DNA of 64,000 nucleotides from Octopus vulgaris (lineage: Eukaryota), in NCBI GenBank assembly GCA_951406725.2, contig OX597838.1, positions 12,400,001 to 12,464,000 on the forward strand. Reading direction: 5' to 3'. Shown here in pieces: positions 54,507 to 64,000 of the stretch. Under the pieces are notes generated by a model that was given only the letters and a program-made list of their open reading frames with translations, did no database searches and had not been told where the DNA came from. The position numbers and the translations under genes are program-made. Position 1 is the first letter of the stretch. Each line of letters opens with the position of its first letter.

Positions 54507-55226
54507 GAAATAATATATAATATATATGTATGTATAATTTAGACTTAATACCTGAACCGATATACTTCGTGACTTTCAAGTATCATATTACGGAACATTT
54601 TTCCGAACAATCGACAGGGGCGTGAAGGAATCTTCTTTTTTTTTTTACTTTATTTTACATTATATTATATATGTGTTTGTTTATTTATCATAATTTATTG
54701 TAATAAGATACATTGCTCTTCGCGTAATAAAATTCAATTATCATCTCTGATGATGCGTCAGAAAGTAATTCACATGGAACTTAAAGTCACGAATTGTAAC
54801 CTTTAATTACTTAGCATGTAGAATATATAAGACTATTTATGTATCAACAGAAGCTTCTGAGACTTTGTACCTCTGCCAATGGTATAGTCTTCAGAGCGTC
54901 GGATAAAATGTTTTGCTATGTTTCTTCCAATCCTCTGCGCGATGAGTTCAAATCATGCCGATGTCGAGTTAAATTTTCATCTTTTCCGGATCGTTAAAAA
55001 TAGTTGTCCAGAACAGTAGATTGGGGCAATTCTAAATTTTGAGAAGGTTGAACAGGATGCCTTGCAGATGTTATCTAATCCAGATCATTGGCTGGTGGAA
55101 AAGCAACGTCTGCAATGAACTTTTATGAAGATGGAGCAGCTCAAATCAGCGGATTTTCCCTGGATAGCCATCGGTGAATAGATTCCTACAAAAATATGCT
55201 TCCTTGATGCGTGCATATAAATGTGA

Positions 55227-55610
55227 GTGGAGGCGCAATGGCCCAGTGGTTAGGGCAGCGGACTCGCGGTCGGAGGATCGCGGTTTCGATTCCCAGACCG
55301 GGCACTGTGAGTGTTTATTGAGCGAAAACACCTAAAGCTCCACGAGGCTCCGGCAGGGGGTGGTGGTGAACCCTGCTGTACTCTTTCACCACAACTTTCT
55401 CTCGCTCTTTCTTCCTGTTTTTCTTGTACCTGTATTTCAAAGGGCCAGCCTTGTCACACTCTGTGTCACGCTGAATATCCCCGAGAACTACGTTAAGGGT
55501 ACACGTGTCTGTGGAGTGCTGAGCCACTTGCACGTTATTATCACGAGCAAGCTGTTCCGTTGATGTATCAGCTGGGACCCTCATCGTCACAACCGACGGA
55601 GTGCTCCTAT
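55227..55610 (+). mobile_element. SINE family C with TSD ATATAAATGTGA
   Basis: TSD at 55215-55226 and 55611-55622. Confidence 0.9.
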
Positions 55611-55749
55611 ATATAAATGTGAATGGTCAATAATGAGAGACGAGTCGCATACGGCTTCATGTGTGTGCTTCGAGATATTCAAAAAAGGAATCAGATCACG
55701 TTCACTAGAAACTTTATTAAAAAAAAACTCTCATAACGTCAACAATATA

Positions 55750-56293
55750 CACTAATGCTTCGATATACGAGTTAATTTGCTCCTGGAGACCGCTCGCAAA
55801 GCGAAAACTCGTAAAGTAGAGCGATAATTTCCCATAGTAGCAATGTTATGAATCGTAATTCGATCCCAGAAACATATTTTACCAACAAGATTTATAATAC
55901 TCTTAAATAAATGGCAATAAATCAACGGTAGAATGTAAAGAATATTTTATGTAAAGTAAGAAAAATGTCAAGAACATTTATTATTAAAAAATATTATTAT
56001 CATAATCGTTTTCTGAATCGCTTTCACTCACATTAGACACGCGCAATCCATCACTTCTAGACGTGATTGATGATTCCCAAGCACTTAGAGATGCATTTGT
56101 AGATTTCTTTAAAAAAAAAAACAAGTCTAGAGTTGTTTGCTTTATAGAAGCCTTTTTTTCAGTCTCTGACTTTTTCGGTAACACACAGAGGCATTTGTTA
56201 TGGTAATAGAAACCTTTGCACTTCGTTCAGAAAAATAGAACTCGTAAACCCTGGGTCTCGTAAAGCAGGTCCTCGTAAAGTGAGGTATTACTG
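55750..56293. mobile_element. pogo/Tigger-like non-autonomous DNA transposon (imperfect TIRs, TA TSD)
   Basis: Left end TA|CACTAATGCTTCGATATACGAG; right end (reverse complement) TA|CAGTAATACCTCACTTTACGAG. Confidence 0.55.
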
Positions 56294-56300
56294 TATATGT

Positions 56301-56685
56301 GGAAGCACTCCGTCGGTTACGACGATGAGGGTTCCGGTTGATCCGAATCAACGGTACAGCCTGCTCGTGAAATTAACGTGTAAGTGGCTGAGCACTCCAC
56401 AGACACGTGTACCCTTAACGTAGTTCTCGGGGATATTCAGCGTGACACAGAGAGTGACAAGGCCGGCCCTTTGAAATACAGGTACAACAGAAACAGGAAG
56501 TAAGAGTGAGAGAAAGTTGTGGTGAAAGAGTACAGCAGGGATCACCACCATCCCCTGCCGGAGCCTCGTGGAGCTTTTAGGTGTTTTCGCTCAATAAACA
56601 CTCACAACACCCGGTCTGGGAATCGAAACCGCGATCCTATGACCGCGAGTCCGCTGCCCTAACCACTGGGCCATTGCGCCTCCAC
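56301..56685 (-). mobile_element. SINE family C with 12-bp TSD TACTGTATATGT
   Basis: TSD at 56289-56300 and 56686-56697. Confidence 0.92.
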
Positions 56686-56714
56686 TACTGTATATGTTAA
56701 GTGCATGTATAATA

Positions 56715-57370
56715 CTTTCTTACTTTTTGCAAAGTAGATGAAAAAATACCAAAGAAATGAAAATATTTGACTTTGTTCAGAATTTGAATCTTGTGCTTGA
56801 AAAATAGAACTCGTAAACCCTGGCTCTCGTAAAGCAGGTCCTCGTAAAGTGAGGTATTACTTTTTTACTTATGGCAAAGTAGATGAAAAAATGCCAAAGA
56901 AATGAAAATATTTGGCTTCGTTCAGAATTTGAATCTTGTGCTTGAAAAATAGAACTCGTAAACCCTGGGTCTCGTAAAGCAGGTCCTCGTAAAGTGAGGT
57001 ATCACTTTCTTACTTGTAGCAAAGTAGATGAAAAAATACCAAAGAAATGAAAATATTTGACTTCGTTCAGAATTTGAATCTTGCGCTTGAAAAATAGAAC
57101 TCGTAAACCCTGGGTCTCGTAAAGCAGGTCCTCGTAAAGTGAGGTATTACTTTCTTATTTGTAGCAAAATAGATGAAAAAATACCAAAGAAATGAAAATA
57201 TTTGACTTTGTTCAGAATTTGAATCTTGTGCTTGAAAAATAGAACTCGTAAACCCTGGCTCTCGTAAAGCAGGTCCTCGTAAAGTGAGGTATTACTGTAT
57301 ATGTTAAGTGCATGTATAATACTTTCTTGTAGCAAAGTAGATGAAAAAATACCAAAGAAATGAAAATATT
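56715..57370. repeat. Tandem array of a ~145-bp unit containing the Tigger-like right end
   Basis: AAAATAGAACTCGTAAACCCTGG recurs at ~56801, 56946, 57091 and 57236. Confidence 0.9.
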
Positions 57371-57962
57371 TAAAAATATGACATCGTGAGTGTTAAGTAG
57401 CAGCTGTGACCGGAAATAGAGATTGCGAATAGCGCCCTCTCTCGTTATATTAAGGAATTAATATATTATTTTTTACATTGGCAGAAGATCGCATATTTGT
57501 GAAGGTTGTTGTTCTTATTTCTACTTTCGGTGTTTAACTCCAGACTGGTTCTGTTCCAGCAGAGCTGAAATCAAAGACGTTCTGCCATGACCATCCAGTG
57601 TTATTGTTGATATTTTGTTTGCTTCTTTATTTGATTTTTTGTTTGTTTGTTTGTTTTTTTTCGATGAATTACATATCAGATTATTCTATCTAATATGGCC
57701 GTCCGTCACGTTGAACACTGAAAGTGTTAGTCTGAAGGAAATTTAGCTGCTATTTTCAGAAAGCCTAACAGCCATATAGAGGGACCCTCGCTGGCTTTTA
57801 TCTGATTAATCTTATGTATGCGTGCATGTATGTATTGTATTGTATGTATGAATGTATGTGTGTATGCATGTATGTATGTATGCATGTATGTGTGTATGTA
57901 TGCATGTATGTGTGTATGTATGCATGTATGTGTGTATGTATGCATGTATGCATGCATGTATG

Positions 57963-57996
<34 letters not shown>

Positions 57997-58169
57997 TGTA
58001 TTGTATGTATCTTTGTATCAATGTGTGTATGTATGTATGTGTATGAATGTATGTGCATGTATGTATGTATGTATGTATGTATGTATGCATGTATGTATGT
58101 ATGTATGTATGTATGTATGTATGTATGTATGTATGTATGTATGTATGTATGTGTGTGCGTGTGTGTGTG

Positions 58170-58385
58170 TTTGTGTGTCTGTGTTTGTCCTCCAGCATTG
58201 CTTGACAACCGATGCTGGTGTGTTTACGTCCCCGTAACTTAGCGGTTCGGCAAAGTACACGGATAGAATAAGTACTAGGCTTACAAAGAATAAGTCCTGG
58301 AGTCGATTTGCTCGACTAAAGGCGGTGCTCCAGCATGGCCGCAGTCAAATGAGTGAAACAAGTAAAAGAGTAAAGAGTAAAGAGT
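58170..58385 (+). mobile_element. SINE family B, 3' half
   Basis: Tail GGCGGTGCTCCAGCATGGCCGCAGTCAAATGAGTGAAACAAG(TAAAGAG)n. Confidence 0.85.
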
Positions 58386-58690
58386 GGCTTGAAATATTGC
58401 ACTAAGGCCATGCTGGGGAAACCGCCACAAAAAGCCGCTCTTCATTGTATGTATGTCAATGTATGTATGTACATGTATGTATATTTATGTCATCCATTCC
58501 TTGTTTTTTGTTCGTCCTTTTATATATATTTTTTTTTGTTTGCCTTAGTCTATGTATCGAGAGATAATTCGTTTGGGCATGAGAACAGCTAAGATTTGTT
58601 CGTTGCAAGGTTTTGTGGTAAGCAAAGCCGATAAAACACACGCACATTCATACATACATACATACATACATACCTACATACATACATACA

Positions 58691-58754
<64 letters not shown>

Positions 58755-58892
58755 TATATGTGAATATATATATATATACATACATATATATACATGTATA
58801 TGTACATATATATGTTTGTATATATATATGTGAGTGTGTGTCTATGCATGCACCTATGTATGCATGTATATATGTATGTGTGCATATATACG

Positions 58893-58948
<56 letters not shown>

Positions 58949-58954
58949 TATATA

Positions 58955-59049
<95 letters not shown>

Positions 59050-59114
59050 GGCTGCCACTTTTTGATGAAATTTTTTCATCCTATATTAGTAAAAAACTTC
59101 ATCCTATATTAGTA

Positions 59115-59163
<49 letters not shown>

Positions 59164-59571
59164 GAGTAAGAATATACGAGAAAATATATAATAGACATAA
59201 TTTGTGCTCAGACCGGATCAATTTATAAATACTCCGCTGCCATTAACAACGACCGCTCCATTTTGTAGCGTTTTACGTGGTTATATAAATTCACATATCT
59301 ATATCTATCTACCTTTCTATATATCTATATAAGTTACACACTTATATAGATAAGATAGTATAAATATCATATATATATATATATTTTTCATTTTATCTAG
59401 TTTCAGCTCACGAGCTGTGGCCATGCTGGGGCACCGCCATTCTGAAAATGGGCGAAATAACACTAAGCATTTTTACCCAACGTGCTAACGATTGTGCTAG
59501 CTCGCTGCACAACATATATATATATATATATATATATACTCAAAATAAGCAACAAGAATGACTCTGGTAAT

Positions 59572-59657
59572 TTGGTACGATCGTTTCGTACTACATCATT
59601 TTAATAAATGTTGCATGTATTACAACAGTTTTAAGATGCTGAGTACTCATCAGCCAA
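59572..59657 (-). ncRNA. Type-I hammerhead ribozyme with fully canonical core (Penelope-type minimal stem III)
   Basis: Minus strand: UUGG-CUGAUGA-GUACU..CAUC..(long loop)..GAUG.AGUAC-GAA-AC GAUC GUA-CCAA; palindromic ACGAUCGU; GUA cleavage triplet. Confidence 0.78.
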
Positions 59658-59926
59658 TTATAGAGGTTTTCCATTAATACAAAAATGTTCATATTAAGTG
59701 GCAACATTATAGAGAAGGTAGATATATAGACAAAGATGTGGATTTAAATTTCAAGAACATTTGAGGTAGTGGAGGCCATCAACTGACTGACTAAGATTCG
59801 GTTGCTCCCCCAAGGATTTTTATGGATAACACCATACAGAATTCTGGTGCATCTAAACTTAAGTACCATATTCATTTGAATCTAAATTTTTGCTGAACTT
59901 ATATATTTATATATATATATATATAT

Positions 59927-60136
59927 TTCCTAGTTTCAGCTCAGAGCTGCGGCCATGCTGATGCACCGCCGTCTTGTGCTACACTGTTATTACGACGAAG
60001 CTCGTCTAATATGTGGCACTTGGTGAAGAATGGAGTTTGATATAGCTACTCTCATTTGCACCTCCTGCCGTGAGGTAGGTTCATCTGGGACTCTTGACAG
60101 GAAGATGTCCAGCTTTGATTTAAAATCCGCTACATC

Positions 60137-60139
<3 letters not shown>
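59927..60139 (-). mobile_element. CR1-group LINE extreme 3' end (ORF2 C-terminus + 3' UTR)
   Basis: VDVADFKSKLDIFLSRVPDEPTSRQEVQMRVAISNSILHQVPHIRRASS* (60139-59990), then GGCGGTGCATCAGCATGGCCGCAGCTCTGAGCTGAAACTAG. Confidence 0.75.
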
Positions 60140-60225
<86 letters not shown>

Positions 60226-60271
60226 GTTCAGCAAAAATTTAGATACACACACACACACAACACACGCACAA

Positions 60272-60324
<53 letters not shown>

Positions 60325-61566
60325 TAGATGCCCATACACACACAAACGCACACACGCACACATATTTTACCAACACCCAAACCCACACCCACACCAACCG
60401 CAGCCGTAAGGACAATGAACCAACATAATACACGGCGCACTAAATGCTGTCGCTTGAAACTTATCGGCTGCAATAACTTCTTTCTCGCAAGTGTTGTGTC
60501 TTTAAAACCACTTGACAACAAACTTATCACGATCCACAGATTTATCTCCATTAGTATTAATATAACTGCTGTTGTTGCTGTTGTTTTGAGGTTGTCGTTG
60601 CTGAAGTTGCGGCGGCGGTGGTGGTGGTGGTGGTGGTGGTGGTTTTGGCTTCGGTTGGTGCCAGGCTGCCAGGCTGTTCAGCTTTTGTTTTTTGTTTTTT
60701 TTTAGTAATTCTTTTTGAATTCTTTTTTTTTTATTCTTGTTTCCTTCAGTTGGTTTATTTTCGATGTTTGTTCTTTCTAAAGGTTGTTGTTGTTGTTGTT
60801 GTTGTTATTGTTATTATAGGTGGCAGTGGTAGTGGCTGTTGTTGTTGGTTGTTGTGGTGCTGGTGGCGATGATGGTGGTGGTGTTGGTGGTGCTGCTGCT
60901 GTTGATGACGGTGGAAATGGTTGTGGTGGTGGTGGCGGTGGCGGCGGCGGTAATGGTGGTGGTGGTGGTGGTGGTGGTGGTGGTGGTGATAATGGTGGTG
61001 TTTGGTGGTGGTGGTGGTGGTGTTGGTGGTGGTGGTGGTGGTGGTGGTTGTGGTATGGTGATAATGGTGGTGTTTGATGGTGGTGGTGATGGTGGTGTTT
61101 GATGGTGGTGGTAGTGGTGGGGGTATGGGCTTTGGCTTTGGCGTTGGTGGTAGCAATGGTGGTGGTGATGGTTGTGTTGGAGGCAGCGGCGGTGGCGGTT
61201 GCGTTTTAAGCTGTTTCATTTTGAAAGGTTATGTAGAAAGAAAAGCGTGCGGAATCTTCTAAAAAAATTGCTTTGTACGACAGCTGAAACGTTTATAATA
61301 TACAAACATGCGAAAATACATACACACATACATACATACATACATACATACATACATACATACATACATACATACACACACACATACATACATACGTACA
61401 TACATACATACATGCATGCATACATACATACATACACACGTACATACATACATACATAGGCATACCATTATGTAGAATCAGCATTATATAAATTCATATA
61501 CATACATACATATAGATTTGTAATCTCTGTATACATACATTGATACGTATTTAAATAATATACATA

Positions 61567-61610
<44 letters not shown>

Positions 61611-61618
61611 TATATGTG

Positions 61619-61659
<41 letters not shown>

Positions 61660-61663
<4 letters not shown>

Positions 61664-61844
61664 GCCATGATAGATCGTTAGCCACTACACACATTTTTTT
61701 CTCTCCTTGTTTTTTCTGTGTCCCTTTCTGTAGAAGAGCGTAGGCTCGAAACATAAAAGACTTTTTCTATTCCTGAGCGTTATACTAATACATCTGTTTG
61801 TTTTGTACACCACCTGTCTTCGTCTTTTGTTGTTGTTTTTTCGT

Positions 61845-61850
<6 letters not shown>
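61660..61850 (+). mobile_element. Family H1 element with hammerhead-like motif (61724-61759)
   Basis: CUUU-CUGUAGA-A-GAGC guag GCUC-GAAAC-AUA-AAAG; lies between (TA)n and (CT)n. Confidence 0.62.
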
Positions 61851-61938
<88 letters not shown>

Positions 61939-62285
61939 AAATGTTTTATACATAAAGAACGTGAAATACAGGAAGGGACAAACACGGAACACAGACAAAT
62001 CATTCGAAGCCTTCAATCTTCAGTCAGACACCGAATCATCATAGCAAATTTCAGCTGTTCAATTCTGATATTTGCTCCAACTCGGCCAGCCCCAAGAAAA
62101 AAAACTAAGCTGTAAGCATTAGATTTCTTGGTAGAAGACAGGAATGTGAACGCACGAGACGGATGTAAATACGAGAGACGAAAACGAAATTGAAAACGGT
62201 AACGGTTAAACAAAATATAATATAACGGTGGTTGTCATACGACTTTAGACCAAATGAGACAAAAACAACAAATATATATATATAA

Positions 62286-62354
<69 letters not shown>

Positions 62355-62355
<1 letters not shown>

Positions 62356-62800
62356 GGTTCGGTGAATAAACTGTCGTCTAAATTATGCAAAAATGAAAAC
62401 AGCACTGACATCTCATTTTAACAGATATATTTACCAAAAGTACATAAAAATATCTCGAACGACATGGCCATTTGCTCCAACCACGGCCTCCAGACGACTT
62501 CGGAATCTCCTGCAACTCTTCTGGACATTCTCCTTCTTTAAGTTGGTGAATGCTACCATAATCCCTGCCTTCAGTTCATCTTTGGTGTCACAAAGAGTTT
62601 TGTTGGTCTCTCGCTCAACTGTGCCCTACACATAATAATCAAGGGCATTGTAATCTGGGGAGTTAGGGGTGATGTGGTCGCAGAAATTGTCTGACAGCCA
62701 TGACTGGGTTCCCCTGCTTGAGTGACATGGTGCAGAGTCCTGCTGCCAGGCATAGAGTTTTCCAGTAGCCATCCTCTTCACCTACTACTGCAGCACCTAG
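62355..62800 (-). mobile_element. Tc1/mariner (maT/DDxD-like) transposase 3' remnant with terminal repeat
   Basis: QDSAPCHSSRGTQSWLSDNFCDHITPNSPDYNALDYYV*GTVERETNKT..KDELKAGIMVAFTNLKKENVQKSCRRFRSRLEAVVGANG. Confidence 0.82.
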
Positions 62801-63076
62801 CCTATCAACAGTGTGTATACTTTAGGTATGATACATAAATGACTATTTTAATTGAATAATACTTCAGTTGCGTATACCGGAGTTTTAATCGGCACGGTTG
62901 AGGCGGGGTGCTATTCGCAATATCAGTGAAAGCTTTATTCAATGTTCGCTACATTAGAGGTAAAGAATTCGTGATCGAGCATATGACTAGCTGTGAGTAA
63001 ACACCATTTAAAAGGCCCAGAGTGTCCGAAATGCATCTGCGGCTCTTTTAGGCCCTTGCTGGGAGGAGTTATCCTC

Positions 63077-63145
<69 letters not shown>

Positions 63146-63308
63146 TCTCCGCTTCATTTTTTCTTAATCACTCATTCTCATTTAATTGTATATATTTTAA
63201 TTGTTTGTTTATTCATAGGTTTCGTCTCATTCGATACCCTGACCCCAACGTTTGTTTTGTCTGTCCCCGTATTGTCCCCTCTTTTTCTCAGCCTTATGGT
63301 GAATAAAG

Positions 63309-63357
<49 letters not shown>

Positions 63358-64000
63358 TTTATTTTGTTTTTTAACACAGTACGACTATAAAACATATCTC
63401 AGAAAAATACTGTAACAATTTGTCTATCGACAATATACATTAGATATGATGCATAGATGGCTATTGTAATTAAATACTGCCTCAAATGCACATCCAAAAT
63501 TCCTAATCAGCCTACTCACAACATCAGTGAATGTTTTATTCAGCTTTTCCTATATCAGAGGCGGCGAATTTTCATCCGAGTATGTGATTGACTGTGAGTA
63601 CATCATTGAAAAGGGTCATAAGGCCGAAACGTATCTGGCGCTATCCCTGGCCGCTAATGGGACGAATATTCGTCTCTCTCTTCTATTCATTTTGTTTTTA
63701 ACACAGCACGCTGAGATGATATCTCAGAATAAACACGGCAGTAACTGGCCAATCGACGCTGTGTATACATTACGTATGATACATAGATACCTATTTCAAA
63801 TCAGATAGTTCTGAGGAAATTTAGGGAGTATAAGCGATACGCTTTACGCAATATTGTCAATTCTCAGGTAATGAATTTAATTATGTAATTAGTAATCCTT
63901 TCTTAATTCTAACTAACATATTCCTCTATTTTATTACTGCCCGTCGGGTCATCCGTATGAGATGATAACTGTATCACACAGTCGAGAGATCTATCTGTGT

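Noticed and set aside
54747-54770. CTGATGA-tgcgtca-GAAA hammerhead candidate
   Set aside because: Stem II is only 2 bp, there is no stem I/III pairing, and an alternative hairpin CTGA/TCAG competes.
56715-57370. CRISPR-like regular repeats
   Set aside because: The whole unit repeats with no unique spacers; eukaryotic context and no cas genes.

Overview
AT-rich, extremely microsatellite-dense animal genomic DNA. The tRNA-derived SINE repertoire and the density of (TA)n, (TG)n, (TACA)n, (TTA)n and (GATA)n repeats suggest an octopus-type cephalopod; this is an inference, not a database result. Nearly all ORFs in the track are microsatellite artefacts. The only convincing host gene is the first coding exon of a membrane-anchored SDR/retinol-dehydrogenase-like gene (minus strand, 17639-17441), followed by an intron of more than 17 kb. 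The rest is transposon-derived: at least five SINE-like families, and remnants of RTE, R4/Dong-like, CR1-group, Penelope (GIY-YIG), Helitron, Tc1/maT and pogo/Tigger elements. There is also a MITE with a 9-bp TSD that carries TTAGGG repeats, and a tRNA-Ile(AAT) pseudogene. The most striking hidden signal is a population of short non-coding elements embedded in microsatellites, each carrying a minimal type-I hammerhead ribozyme fold. One has a fully canonical core at 59572-59657, one sits inside a 40-bp inverted repeat at 29662-29810, and recurring families carry non-canonical cores (CUGUNGA, CCGACGA). They resemble Penelope-associated, dimer-acting mini-hammerheads. The window also shows SINE-LINE 3'-tail sharing and a compact nuclear-receptor response element in the RDH-like intron.
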